Shown piece after piece: positions 11,033-20,225 of a stretch of DNA of 64,000 nucleotides. Under the pieces are notes generated by a model. That model was not told where the DNA came from, made no database searches, and saw only the letters and a program-made list of their open reading frames with translations. Origin of the DNA: an uncultured Pseudomonadota bacterium (GTDB taxonomy: Bacteria; Myxococcota_A; Polyangia; Fen-1088); contig CAWKBC010000021.1 of the NCBI GenBank assembly GCA_963847705.1, positions 96,001-160,000 of the forward strand, in the 5' to 3' direction. Numbering within the stretch: the stretch's first letter is position 1; each line of letters opens with the position of its first letter. The position numbers were made by a program, and so were the translations under genes.

Positions 11033-11793
11033 CAGAGTCGAACCAGGAGTTGCCCGCTCGGGTCGGTGGCCTCCGCGGCCAGGTTCGTCAGTCGGCCTGC
11101 GATGTAGACGTCGGAGGGGGCGGTGATCGTGAGCGTGGTCGCGTCGTCCCAGGTCAGATCCACGCTGGCGGTGACCTTCCCCTGCTGGAGAATCCTCCGG
11201 CCTTCGCCCAGCGTCGCTTTGACCTGGCCGCCCGTCGATTTCTCGAAGGTGGCCATGATCCTGATTCCTTTGGCCACCAGGGCCCGCGATTCGACCAGGT
11301 AGCCTCCCCCCAGGAGAGCCGCCTTCAGGTGCGGATCGCTCAACTCGTCGATGGCCGAACGGTAAGGCGCCGCCAGAAGATCGTCCCAGCGAACCGAATC
11401 GACGGTCACCTCGAGGTGAGAAGCGCGCGCCAGCTTGGCGTTCAAGGCTGCGTCGACGGGGAGAATTCCAACCGCGCTGTTGGCGTTGAACGCCCGGGCG
11501 ACCGAATCACCGAGCGCGCAGGCCCAGTCGACGCCGCGGTGGACCACCGCGGAGGTCGGATCCTCGACGATGCTGCCGACGAAGTATTCGGGCCCGATCC
11601 CCTTACCCGGATAGCGCTTCATGATCGTCCCCGGCCCCAGATTGTCGGAGAGGCCGAAGAAGACCACCTGCCCCGTCGCCAGATCGTCCGCCGCACAATC
11701 ACCGAGGTCGGCGTTCGTCTTCGAAGCGTTGGACAGGCCTCCGGAGCAGCCTGTCAGCGCCAAGGCGACCACGCCGGCGACGACCGATCTCAT
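11032..11793 (-). CDS. Lipoprotein, putative gasdermin-like pore-forming fold
   Basis: ATG 11793 overlaps the AI-2E stop and its stop overlaps the kinase ATG. Lipobox LTGC. Motifs DNLGPGTI, YLVESRALVAKGIRI and amphipathic beta-hairpins recall bacterial gasdermins (comparison from memory). The CDS itself is confident; the fold call is tentative. Confidence 0.55.
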   Translation of the reverse strand: MRSVVAGVVALALTGCSGGLSNASKTNADLGDCAADDLATGQVVFFGLSDNLGPGTIMKRYPGKGIGPEYFVGSIVEDPTSAVVHRGVDWACALGDSVARAFNANSAVGILPVDAALNAKLARASHLEVTVDSVRWDDLLAAPYRSAIDELSDPHLKAALLGGGYLVESRALVAKGIRIMATFEKSTGGQVKATLGEGRRILQQGKVTASVDLTWDDATTLTITAPSDVYIAGRLTNLAAEATDPSGQLLVRL

Positions 11794-13565
11794 GAGGCGA
11801 TTTGCTCGATGGTCGTCCGCGCGCTCTCCAGCGTGAAGCAGACCTGGCGCGCTCCGTCCTCGGTGAGCCGCAGGGAGCTCTCGTGACCGTTGGCCTGTCC
11901 TCCGGGACGAATGACCACCAGAGGCGTGTGGGGCAGCTTGGCCCGCAGGCGCCGGCAGATGTAGCGCGCCTGGGCCAGCCCGCCCGGGGGGACGGAGATG
12001 ACACAGACGAGGTCCGGCGGATCGGGCGGAGCGCCCCCCGGCTCTCTCGACGTGGGGTCCGACGACAGGTACGAGGAGCCCACCGACTCCAGCTGAGCCT
12101 TCCGGGGATCGAAGAGCTGGGCCAACATCTCCCAGATCGTCTCGTCGGTGACGGTCCGGGCCGACACGCCGACGATCCGGCGGATCGGCGTCTCGCTGCG
12201 AGCTTCCGTCTCGAGCGGCGCGGGCGTCTTGCTGTCGGCCAGCGCGCGAATGGTTCGCACCACGTGCTGGTGGTCGGCTTCGCTGATCTCGCCGCGGGCG
12301 CGATCGCGATCGGCCAGCAGCAGCGCAGGGATGATGATCTGGTCGAAGACCTGCGCCTGGGGCTTTTCGCGGAAGCGTTTGTCGAGGATCTCCTGGGCCT
12401 CTTCTTCGTCCCCCGACAGCAACCGGTGATAGAGGATCAGCTGGTCCTCCAGGGCCGGTTGGTCGTCGAGCAGGATCGCCAGGGACGAGAGGCGGGGCAC
12501 ATGCTTCCCCAGCACCGCCAGGCAGACCGTCAGCGGCGTCGAGAGCACCAGGCCGACGGGGCCCCAGAGCCAGGACCAGAAGAGCGCCGAGACCAGCATC
12601 GCCATCGACGAGACCCCCGTCTTCGCTCCGATGACGATCGGCTCGACGACGTAGGCCACCAGCACGTCGAGGCCGAGAAACAGCGCCAGCGTCGCCACCA
12701 GCTGCCACCACCCGGGAAACTGCGCGAAGGCCAGCGCCGCCGGGACCAGCATCGCGACCAGGGTGCCGACGAAGGGGACGAACCGCAGGACGGCGGCGAC
12801 GAACCCCCACAGCGGCGCGTAAGGGATCCCGATCCCCAGGAGCCCCCCCGCGACGGCGAGGCCGAAGGTCGCGTTGATCGCGGACTGCTGGGCCAAAAAC
12901 CGTCCGATCCGCTGGCCGGCCTCGTCGAGGGCCCGGGTCGTCAGCGTGACGTGTCCGCGCCCGATGAGGCGAATGAAGCGATCCCGCAAATCTTCGCGCT
13001 TGATCAGGAAGAAGATGACCAGCACCAGGACGATGCCCGCGCGCGCCAGGGGCTCCAGGACCGGGGCCAGGGCGCTCTCGATGCGCTCCAGCGCGGTGGC
13101 CTCGGCGGGAACCACCCGGACCGGGCGGGCGCCCTGGTCCGCCTCCACCTGCTCGTCGAGGTTGCGCACGGCGCGATCGACGCTCTTGGCGAGGCCTCCC
13201 AGGCCGCTCCCCTCGCTGCCGCGCAGGGCGATCATCTTGCGCTGGATCGAATCGGAGTACTTGGTCATCTCGGCGGACAGATCCACGACCTGGCGCTCGA
13301 GCAGGTAGCTGAACCCGGCGACGGCGGCCAGCGCGACGAGGACGACGACGGCCACCGCCCCCACCCGCCCGAGCGCGCGCTCGAACAGCCGGACCGCAGG
13401 GCCGAGCGCGAAGGCCACCACGATCGCCAGCGCCAGCGGAACGAAGACCGCTTGCGCGCGCGAGAGAACGGCGACGATCAACACCACGGTGGCGAGCGCG
13501 CCCAGGCCTGGACGGGCGGGGCGCGACGCCGGTGGAGGCGCGGGTGCTGCGGGAACTGCGCTCAC
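11790..13565 (-). CDS. AI-2E family transporter with C-terminal cytoplasmic extension
   Basis: Multiple TM helices, LRFVPFVG, EPIVIG, WSWLWGPVGLVLSTPLT; GTG start at 13565. Confidence 0.88.
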   Translation of the reverse strand: MSAVPAAPAPPPASRPARPGLGALATVVLIVAVLSRAQAVFVPLALAIVVAFALGPAVRLFERALGRVGAVAVVVLVALAAVAGFSYLLERQVVDLSAEMTKYSDSIQRKMIALRGSEGSGLGGLAKSVDRAVRNLDEQVEADQGARPVRVVPAEATALERIESALAPVLEPLARAGIVLVLVIFFLIKREDLRDRFIRLIGRGHVTLTTRALDEAGQRIGRFLAQQSAINATFGLAVAGGLLGIGIPYAPLWGFVAAVLRFVPFVGTLVAMLVPAALAFAQFPGWWQLVATLALFLGLDVLVAYVVEPIVIGAKTGVSSMAMLVSALFWSWLWGPVGLVLSTPLTVCLAVLGKHVPRLSSLAILLDDQPALEDQLILYHRLLSGDEEEAQEILDKRFREKPQAQVFDQIIIPALLLADRDRARGEISEADHQHVVRTIRALADSKTPAPLETEARSETPIRRIVGVSARTVTDETIWEMLAQLFDPRKAQLESVGSSYLSSDPTSREPGGAPPDPPDLVCVISVPPGGLAQARYICRRLRAKLPHTPLVVIRPGGQANGHESSLRLTEDGARQVCFTLESARTTIEQIAS

Positions 13566-13567
13566 GG

Positions 13568-13807
13568 CTAGGGCTCCGGGTGGGATCGGCGGCCGGCCAG
13601 GCGCCCGATGATGAATCCGAGGGAGAGGCCGAGGCCGATCCAACCGAGCGGATGCGACGCGGCCCAGTGGCGCCAGCTGGTGGCGGTCCGGACACGGTGG
13701 CGCAGCTCCTCGAACGAGGCGCCGACCCGCTCGCGCCCAAGCGCGATCTCGGCTTCGAGCAGGGCGATCTCTCGCTGCTCGGTCCGGGGCTCAGGCGATG
13801 CGGGCAT
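13568..13807 (-). CDS. Small membrane protein (DUF3618/YqjK-like)
   Basis: EAEIALGRERVGASFEELR helix plus C-terminal TM segment; sits in a coupled run. Confidence 0.65.
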   Translation of the reverse strand: MPASPEPRTEQREIALLEAEIALGRERVGASFEELRHRVRTATSWRHWAASHPLGWIGLGLSLGFIIGRLAGRRSHPEP

Positions 13808-14186
13808 TCGACGACCTCGTCCTGTCGGACAGGGCCGCCATGGTTCGCCGGACGGTGCCGCTCACGTCGGCGCCGGTTCGCTCCAGGATCGGCGTTCGCC
13901 GCAGCGCGGACAGGGTCCGCTGAAGGCCGATCCCGGCCACCGCGATCTGCAGCCCGGCGACGGACCCCAGCGCGGCGGGTCGTCCGCAATAGGCGGCGAG
14001 AAACGACGCCAGCGCCGCCATCGCGAAGGCGTACCCCACGATGAGCGGCGGAATGAAGAGGGCGATCCGCGCCACGCGCTTGAGCACCAGGCGCAGATCG
14101 AGCGAGAGCTCCAGGCGGGCCAGCTTGATCTGCGCGGCGAACAGATCCGCCAGCCCCTCCGCGGTCTCGGTCGCCACCTGGACCAC
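13791..14186 (-). CDS. Phage_holin_3_6/YqjE-like membrane protein
   Basis: LADLFAAQIKLARLEL followed by two TM helices. Start uncertain (in-frame CTG at 14231 overlaps the previous stop). Confidence 0.7.
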   Translation of the reverse strand: MVQVATETAEGLADLFAAQIKLARLELSLDLRLVLKRVARIALFIPPLIVGYAFAMAALASFLAAYCGRPAALGSVAGLQIAVAGIGLQRTLSALRRTPILERTGADVSGTVRRTMAALSDRTRSSNARIA

Positions 14187-14227
14187 GGAGGGACGTGTCG
14201 CCGGTTGCGGCGGCAGGGGGCGGGGGC

Positions 14228-14506
14228 TCAGGTGCGCGCCTCCGCGCTGGAGGTCGCCGCTTCGGGCGCCTCCGGCGACTCCCCCTCGCTGTTGCGAAGG
14301 GTGCGGAACCGATCTCCCAGATCCGACCGCAGCGCCTGGCCCGACTTCGGCGCCAGCAACAGCGCCGCGCCGGCGCCCACCAGCAGACCGACGCCGAAGA
14401 TGCTCAGGGCCCCCAGCAGGCGATCGGAGGTGCTCGGCTTGCTGGTCAGGCCCAGCGCCGAAAGGACGTCGTCTTTGCTGAAGTCTCGCAGGTCATTGAT
14501 TTTCAT
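14228..14506 (-). CDS. YtxH-domain protein
   Basis: FGVGLLVGAGAALLLAPKSGQALR signature. Confidence 0.85.
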   Translation of the reverse strand: MKINDLRDFSKDDVLSALGLTSKPSTSDRLLGALSIFGVGLLVGAGAALLLAPKSGQALRSDLGDRFRTLRNSEGESPEAPEAATSSAEART

Positions 14507-14816
14507 TTTTCACGTTTCCTTCTGGGTGGTCTGTCTTCTGGCCGAGCACGAGGAGGCCCTCCGTCACCAAGGGCAGGAGAGCCGTCCGCAGCCCGATCCG
14601 AATTGCTGTCCCCACGATGCGCGCCGTGAGCCGCGAAACCAGGCCGCCGCCCAGCACGAACCCGACGCCCACCGCCATCGCCACAAACCGCCCGGGATGT
14701 TCCCGGGTCTGTCGCGCCAGCCTGTCGGCCCAGGATTCGACCCTCGGCGTCTGGGGCGCCCGCCGGGCGACCGCTGCGCCGGACCCGCGGCCGGCCTCGC
14801 CGATCTTGGGCGTCAC
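14493..14816 (-). CDS. Small membrane protein (DUF883/ElaB C-terminal-like)
   Basis: TREHPGRFVAMAVGVGFVLGGGL; GTG 14816 with GAGGG RBS. Confidence 0.65.
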   Translation of the reverse strand: MTPKIGEAGRGSGAAVARRAPQTPRVESWADRLARQTREHPGRFVAMAVGVGFVLGGGLVSRLTARIVGTAIRIGLRTALLPLVTEGLLVLGQKTDHPEGNVKNENQ

Positions 14817-14823
14817 CGCGCCC

Positions 14824-15486
14824 TCATTGCGTCCCGCCCCCGAGTACGCCGCAGTCGAGCGCAAATCGCACCAGGGCAGAGCGCGACTCCAGCCCCAGCT
14901 TCTCCATGACTCTGGAACGATAGGTCTCGACCGACTTGACGCCCAGCCGCAGCTCCTCGGCGATCTGCGAGTTGGTGAAGCCCTCGGCGACCCGCCGCAT
15001 GACCTCCAGCTCTCGTCCGGTCAGCTGCGCCGTCCCTGTTTCGCCTTTTGCGCCGCCAGAGGTTGGCTGCATCTGGCTTTGCGCGAACCCCAGCCCGAGC
15101 GAGGCGTCGATGAAGGTCCGCCCCTGCGCCACCGCCCGGATCGCCGCCAGGAGCTCGGTGTCGACCGCGCTCTTCACCACGTAACCGACGGCACCCGCTT
15201 GCCCGGCGGCGCGCACGTAGCCGAGCTCGTCGTGCACGGTGAGGACGATGATCCGCGTCTTGGGGCGGACCTGCTTCACGGCGGCGATGGCGGCGAGCCC
15301 TCCGCCGTTCGGCATGCTGATGTCCATCAACACCACGTCCGGCTCGGTGCTCTTGACGCCGATCTCGGCATCGGGCCCGTTGTCCGCCTCGCCGACCACC
15401 TCCATGTCGGGCTGGAGGTTGATGAGGGCGCGCAGGCCGCCGCGCAGGATCCCGTGATCGTCGGCGAGGAACACCCGGATGCTCAT
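14824..15486 (-). CDS. NarL/FixJ-family response regulator (copy 1)
   Basis: REC domain (LADDH, LMDISMP, VVKS) plus LuxR HTH (LTGRELEV..KSVETYRSRVMEKLG). Confidence 0.95.
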   Translation of the reverse strand: MSIRVFLADDHGILRGGLRALINLQPDMEVVGEADNGPDAEIGVKSTEPDVVLMDISMPNGGGLAAIAAVKQVRPKTRIIVLTVHDELGYVRAAGQAGAVGYVVKSAVDTELLAAIRAVAQGRTFIDASLGLGFAQSQMQPTSGGAKGETGTAQLTGRELEVMRRVAEGFTNSQIAEELRLGVKSVETYRSRVMEKLGLESRSALVRFALDCGVLGGGTQ

Positions 15487-16874
15487 GGCGAGCTCGGCTT
15501 CGGCGGCGGAATGGGGACGCTGATACAGATGGTCGTGCCACTTCCAGGCGCGGATTCCAGGGTCATCGAGCCTCCTACCAGATGGGCGCGCTCGCGCATT
15601 CCCACCAAACCGAGCTGCGCCTCGGAGAGAAGCTCCGTGGCGTCGAATCCTTTTCCGTCATCCTCGACCACCAGGCGAACCTCGGTCGCGGTTCGATGGA
15701 TGAGGATGCTCACCGCCTTGGGCGAGGCGTGCTTGGTCGCGTTGGTCAGCGCCTCCTGCGCCATCCGGTAGAGCGCGATCTCGAGCCCTTCGGAGAGGCG
15801 AGGCAGGCGCGGCCCGGTGGAATGCAGGTCGACCAGGAAGCCCTGCGCGCGGCTCACGTCGAGCGCCAGGCGTTCGAGCGCCTCCTCGAGGCCCAGATCG
15901 TCGAGGACGCTGGGGCGAAGCCCGCGGGCCATGCGCTGAACGCCCAGCAGGGCGGCCGACACGAACCCGCGCAGCGTGCTGGCCGCGCCCAGCGCATGAT
16001 CGAGATCCTTCGACTCCTCGACGGCCCGGAGGCCGACCAGGAGCGACGTCAGCGTCTGGGCGGTGTCGTCGTGCAGCTCGCGGGCGATCCGCCGGCGCTC
16101 CTCTTCCTGGGCGGTGAGCACGTCGCTCAACAGGGCGCGGATGGTCTCCTCGGCGTACCGGCGCTCCGTGATGTCGCGGTTGACGCTGACGTAGCCGAGC
16201 CGCTTGCCGCTGCTGTCGAAGAGGGCGGCGGCGCGCGATTCGATGTGGATGCGCCTTCCGTCGGCCCGGCGATGGGTCAGCTCGCCGTGAAAGCGGCCCG
16301 TCTCCAGCAGCCGTCGGATCGCCTCGGCGCGCTCGACGCCGAAGTCGGTGCGGAACACCAGCGCGTCCGGCTGCCCGAGCACCTCCTCGGCCCGTCTTCC
16401 GTAGGTCGATTCGGCGGCGGCGTTCCAACCGGTGAGGATGAACTTGTCATCGCTGGCGACCACGGCGTCGTTGACGGTCGCCAGCAAGAGATCGAGATAC
16501 CGTGTCTGGGCCTCCGTCCGCCGGCGGTAGGTGACGTCGAGGACGGATTCCAGAACAGCGGGGCGGCCGCCGAAGCTGACCGCGAACGCGGTGATCTCCA
16601 CGTCGATGAACGATCCGTCCTTCCGCCGATGTCTGCCCAGCGAGGACGGACTCTGGCTGGCCTTGGTGAGGGGCGTCTCCTCGACGGAGAGGTCGTCGAC
16701 CGTCATGGAGAGAAACTCGTCCCGCGAGTAGCCGTAGTGAAGCACCGCGGCCCGGTTGACGTCCACCATCTCCTCGGCCTCGACCACCCACATGGGGTGG
16801 CCGTTCTCCTCGAACACGCGGCGGCAGTCGGCTTGTGCGTCCGACCATCCAGCCTCGACCATTTCCGCCCTCAT
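15483..16874 (-). CDS. PAS-PAS sensor histidine kinase, HisKA_3 type (copy 1)
   Basis: Two PAS domains, ERRRIARELHD, QEALTNATKHA, DDGKGF, GLVGMRER; no TM segments. Confidence 0.95.
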   Translation of the reverse strand: MRAEMVEAGWSDAQADCRRVFEENGHPMWVVEAEEMVDVNRAAVLHYGYSRDEFLSMTVDDLSVEETPLTKASQSPSSLGRHRRKDGSFIDVEITAFAVSFGGRPAVLESVLDVTYRRRTEAQTRYLDLLLATVNDAVVASDDKFILTGWNAAAESTYGRRAEEVLGQPDALVFRTDFGVERAEAIRRLLETGRFHGELTHRRADGRRIHIESRAAALFDSSGKRLGYVSVNRDITERRYAEETIRALLSDVLTAQEEERRRIARELHDDTAQTLTSLLVGLRAVEESKDLDHALGAASTLRGFVSAALLGVQRMARGLRPSVLDDLGLEEALERLALDVSRAQGFLVDLHSTGPRLPRLSEGLEIALYRMAQEALTNATKHASPKAVSILIHRTATEVRLVVEDDGKGFDATELLSEAQLGLVGMRERAHLVGGSMTLESAPGSGTTICISVPIPPPKPSSP

Positions 16875-16876
16875 CG

Positions 16877-17815
16877 TCAGAACCTCTGGTGCACTATGGG
16901 CTGTTCGAGGCGAGGCATCCGAGAATTCGCCACCGGGAGCGGGATTGTTTCGTGACGTGGCTCCTTGGGGGCCGGCAGCTCGAAGGCATTTTCCAGCTCC
17001 GCCTGGAGATAGGCGCGGATTCTACCCTTGAGCCGCCCCTCCAGTTGACGCACGCGCTCACGGGTGACGCCGAAGCTCGTCGCCAGATCCGTCAGCTTGG
17101 CCGGCTCATCGTTGAAGAGGCGCCGCCGGAAGATCTGGGCCTCCCGGCCCCGCAGCGTCGCCCCGAACGCCTCCAGCTTGGCGCGGAGGACGCGGCTGAA
17201 GTCGGCCTCCTCGACGCACAGGTCGGGCCCCGGCACGGAGGTGTCGCTCAGGGAGTCACCCAGGGTCGTCCCGTCGGCCTCCAGCGATCTCACCGGCGTC
17301 TCCAGCGACATCTCGCTGCCCGCGAAGCGCTCCAGCATGGCGACGACCTCGCTCTCCTTGACCCGCAGCCGCGCGGCCAGCGCGCGGGGATTCACTTCGC
17401 CACCCTCCCGTTGCAGCCGGTCTCGCTCCTTGCCCAGGGAGAAGAACAGCTTGCGCTGGGCCTGCGTCGTCCCGACCTTGACGAGCCGCCAGTTGTTCAT
17501 GGTCAGCTTCAACATGTAGGCCCGGATCCACCAGACCGCGTAGCTGCAGAACTTGATGCCGCGGGTCGGATCGTACTTGTCGACCGCGTGGAGGAGCCCG
17601 CGATTCCCTTCCTGAACGAAGTCGGCGAGGTCGTCGTCGGCGCGGCAGTAGTGATGCGCCAGCGCCACCACCATCCGCATGTTCGCGATGATCAGGCGCT
17701 CGGCCAGGGCCGGATCCTTGGTCTTCACATAGGCCAGCGCGCAGCGATGCTCCTCCTCGCGCGACATCGGCACGGAGTGCCGGAGATCGAAATGGTCTTT
17801 GAGACTGACTTGCAT
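16877..17815 (-). CDS. RpoH/sigma-32-like sigma factor (myxobacterial SigB/C/E-like)
   Basis: ANMRMVV, QEGNRGL, FCSYAVWWIRA, RpoH box QRKLFFSL, region 4 GVTRERVRQLE. Confidence 0.92.
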   Translation of the reverse strand: MQVSLKDHFDLRHSVPMSREEEHRCALAYVKTKDPALAERLIIANMRMVVALAHHYCRADDDLADFVQEGNRGLLHAVDKYDPTRGIKFCSYAVWWIRAYMLKLTMNNWRLVKVGTTQAQRKLFFSLGKERDRLQREGGEVNPRALAARLRVKESEVVAMLERFAGSEMSLETPVRSLEADGTTLGDSLSDTSVPGPDLCVEEADFSRVLRAKLEAFGATLRGREAQIFRRRLFNDEPAKLTDLATSFGVTRERVRQLEGRLKGRIRAYLQAELENAFELPAPKEPRHETIPLPVANSRMPRLEQPIVHQRF

Positions 17816-17834
17816 TGGTTTTTCCTCGCCCCGA

Positions 17835-17899
17835 CTCATAGCTCAGGCGCAGCGCCGGTCCTGTCCGGCGACCCCCACACCCCCTGTAATGCTTTCCCC
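17835..17899 (-). promoter_or_regulatory. Box promoter of the sigma gene: GGGGAAAGCATTAC-N17-CCGGACA-N21-TATGAG
   Basis: Box at 17886-17899; same spacing as the other copies. Confidence 0.75.
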
Positions 17900-18771
17900 G
17901 ACCGCGCCTCCAAGGTGGCCTCGAAGATGACGTTGACCTCACCGCCCAACAGGAAGATGAACCCCGTCAGGTAGAACCAGGTCATGAGCACGATGACGCC
18001 GCCGATCGCGCCATAGGTGACGTTGTAGCTGGCGATGTGCGCGGCGTACTCGCCGAAGCCCCAGGTGGCGACGAACCAACCCAGGGTCCCGAGCAGCGAG
18101 CCCGGCGTGAGGAGCTTGAACTTCCGAGGGACGTCGGGGAGCAGGTGGTATCCGAGCGCCGCGCAGAGGGCGATCGCCCCTGCGGTGAGCGGCCAGCGGA
18201 GCCAGCGCCAGACGAAGACGTAAGGCGTCGCGACGCCCACCTGCCGGGCCAGCCAGAACCCCGCGCTGCCGCCGGCCGCCATCCCGGCCACCGCGCCCAG
18301 CACCAGAAGCGTGCCACCCGTCGTCATGCCCAGGGCCAGCGCCTCCGTTTTCCACCAGGGGCGCGACTCCTTGACGTCGTAGGCCCGGTTCAAGGCTGCC
18401 CGGACGGCGTCGACGCCTCGGGAGGCGGAGTAGAGCGCCAGCAGGAGGCTCATCGCCAGGAAGTGCGGCCGGGGCCTGGTGACCAGACCCTCGACGTGCG
18501 CGGAGACGAGCTGCATCGCCTGCGGCGGCAGGACGTCGCGCGCGCGCGACAGCAGGGTGTCGGCCGAGGTTCGGAAATAGGGGACGTAGGCGGTCAGCGT
18601 CGTCAGCAAAAACAGGAACGGGAACAACGCGAAGACGAAGTAGTAGCTGAGCGCGCCGGCGGCGTCCCCCAGGCTGTCGCGGGTGTACCGCCGGTAGATC
18701 TCCTTGATGAACGACTTCGCCGCCGGGGCGCTCGGGCTGGCCGGCGGCGTGTGCAGACGGAGCGTGTTCAA
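17836..18771 (-). CDS. YihY/virulence factor BrkB family membrane protein
   Basis: AGALSYYFVFALFP, ALNRAYDVKESRPWWK, YNVTYGAIGGVIVLMTWFY. Confidence 0.92.
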   Translation of the reverse strand: MNTLRLHTPPASPSAPAAKSFIKEIYRRYTRDSLGDAAGALSYYFVFALFPFLFLLTTLTAYVPYFRTSADTLLSRARDVLPPQAMQLVSAHVEGLVTRPRPHFLAMSLLLALYSASRGVDAVRAALNRAYDVKESRPWWKTEALALGMTTGGTLLVLGAVAGMAAGGSAGFWLARQVGVATPYVFVWRWLRWPLTAGAIALCAALGYHLLPDVPRKFKLLTPGSLLGTLGWFVATWGFGEYAAHIASYNVTYGAIGGVIVLMTWFYLTGFIFLLGGEVNVIFEATLEARSGKALQGVWGSPDRTGAAPEL

Positions 18772-19724
18772 TTCGGCTGAGTGGCGATCTTGGCGACGAC
18801 GATCTCCACGCGTCGATTGTTGGCCCGCCCCTCGGCGCTGGTGTTGTCGGCGATGGGGCGCTCGGGTCCCATCCCCTTCGCCACCACCCGGTCCGCCGGG
18901 AGACCGCGCGAGATGAGGTAGGTCCGCACCGACTCCGCGCGGCGCTGCGACAGATCGATGTTTCGCGACTGCGAGCCCTTGGAGTCGGTGTATCCCTCGA
19001 TGCTCACCGGCCGTCCATTGGTGAGCAGGGCGGCCGCCACGTCATCGAGCTTGGTCTGCGCGGCGGGCAGGAGCTGGGCGTCGTTCGAGCGGAAGAGGAC
19101 GCCGCCCGAGAGGGTGATGACCATGCCGCGCTCTTCGTCCTTGGCGGCCAGCTTGGCCAGCGCGTCGTTCGCGGCGTTGGTCTTCTCGTTGGCGGCGATG
19201 GCCTTCTGTTCGGAGTCGAGCGCCCGCTGCTCGGACGCGGCGGCCTTGCTGTCGGCCTCCTGCCGGGCCGCGTGCTCCGCTCCCAGCTGCGCCGCCTCTT
19301 TCGCCTGCCCGGCCTGCGAATCGCTGAGCTGCAGACGGGTCTTGACCAGCGAGGCCTGGGTCTTCTTCGCGCCCGCCGCCTGCTTGTCTTGATAGTCCTG
19401 CTTGGCCTTGGCGATCGTCTGCGTGGAGAGGACGGTTCGGGCCTGCACCTCGACGGTCTGGATGGTTCGGTCGGCGATGTAGGCCAGGTCGATGGTCTTC
19501 TGCGAGCTCTTTTCCTCGGCGAACGACCTCTCCGCGGCGTCGAGGACGATCTTTGCTTTGTGGAGCTCCGCCGGCAGCAGTTGAACGGCGGGACCGTTGC
19601 TGGCGCGGGCATAAGACGTCCGCGCGGTGGTCAGCTCGACCGGCGGGGGGACGGTGGCACATCCCGCGCCGAGCATGGCCAGTCCGAGAAAAAGTGATGT
19701 TTTCGAAGCTTTCCAAGTTTTCAT
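18768..19724 (-). CDS. OmpA-family lipoprotein with N-terminal DUF4398
   Basis: Lipobox GAGC, coiled coil, IEGYTDSKG..LSQRRAESV..NRRVEI. Confidence 0.92.
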   Translation of the reverse strand: MKTWKASKTSLFLGLAMLGAGCATVPPPVELTTARTSYARASNGPAVQLLPAELHKAKIVLDAAERSFAEEKSSQKTIDLAYIADRTIQTVEVQARTVLSTQTIAKAKQDYQDKQAAGAKKTQASLVKTRLQLSDSQAGQAKEAAQLGAEHAARQEADSKAAASEQRALDSEQKAIAANEKTNAANDALAKLAAKDEERGMVITLSGGVLFRSNDAQLLPAAQTKLDDVAAALLTNGRPVSIEGYTDSKGSQSRNIDLSQRRAESVRTYLISRGLPADRVVAKGMGPERPIADNTSAEGRANNRRVEIVVAKIATQPN

Positions 19725-19737
19725 CGATGGGTCCTCG

Positions 19738-20118
19738 TCAGTTGTTCAATTGGAGCGAATCGTTCAGCGTCTTGACCCTGTCGAGCGCCGCCTGGGCCTC
19801 GAGCTTCTCGGTGCCCTCGCGGGTCAGCGCCAGCGACAGGTCGGCGTCGGCCCGGGCCCGCAGCAAGAGGCGGGTCGACATCGGCCGCTCCTCCTCGGTG
19901 GTCAATTTGCGGGCATGTTCAAACTGCTCCTTGGCCAGCTCCAGATGAAGGGCAGCCTCGGGGTTGTGGGCAGCCCCGACCTCTTCGGCGGCGCGGATCG
20001 CGCCCGAGCTGTCCTCCGCCCCCAAGCTGGGCACGGCAGCCACCGGGGCGGTGCTGGTCGTCGCACAAGCTCCTTGAAACACAAATGCCGCGATCGGGAT
20101 CCAGAGTCGCAGTGTCAT
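19738..20118 (-). CDS. DUF4398 lipoprotein
   Basis: Lipobox QGAC; AIRAAEEVGA..LELAKEQ..RARADADL; the usual partner of OmpA-DUF4398 genes. Confidence 0.8.
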   Translation of the reverse strand: MTLRLWIPIAAFVFQGACATTSTAPVAAVPSLGAEDSSGAIRAAEEVGAAHNPEAALHLELAKEQFEHARKLTTEEERPMSTRLLLRARADADLSLALTREGTEKLEAQAALDRVKTLNDSLQLNN

Positions 20119-20160
20119 GATGATTTTCTCCTCGAGATGAAGGCGCACGTTGCGGCCAGA

Positions 20161-20225
20161 GCAATAGCGCGACCAGGGCACCGGCTTCGTCCGGATGCCC
20201 CCCCGCCCGACGTAGTGGTTTTCCC
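20161..20225 (-). promoter_or_regulatory. Box promoter of the DUF4398-OmpA operon: GGGAAAACCACTAC-N17-CCGGACG-N21-TATTGC
   Basis: Box at 20212-20225; an extra box AGGGAAAACCTTAC lies at 20298-20311 (+). Confidence 0.75.

Noticed and set aside
11794-13989. 985-aa ORF 11032..13989 as one protein
   Set aside because: The upstream part is an Arg/Pro-rich off-frame read of the AI-2E gene and its neighbours; the real gene starts at 11793.
13791-14186. Prophage lysis cassette
   Set aside because: The holin-named family is a YqjE-like stress membrane protein; no endolysin or phage genes are present.
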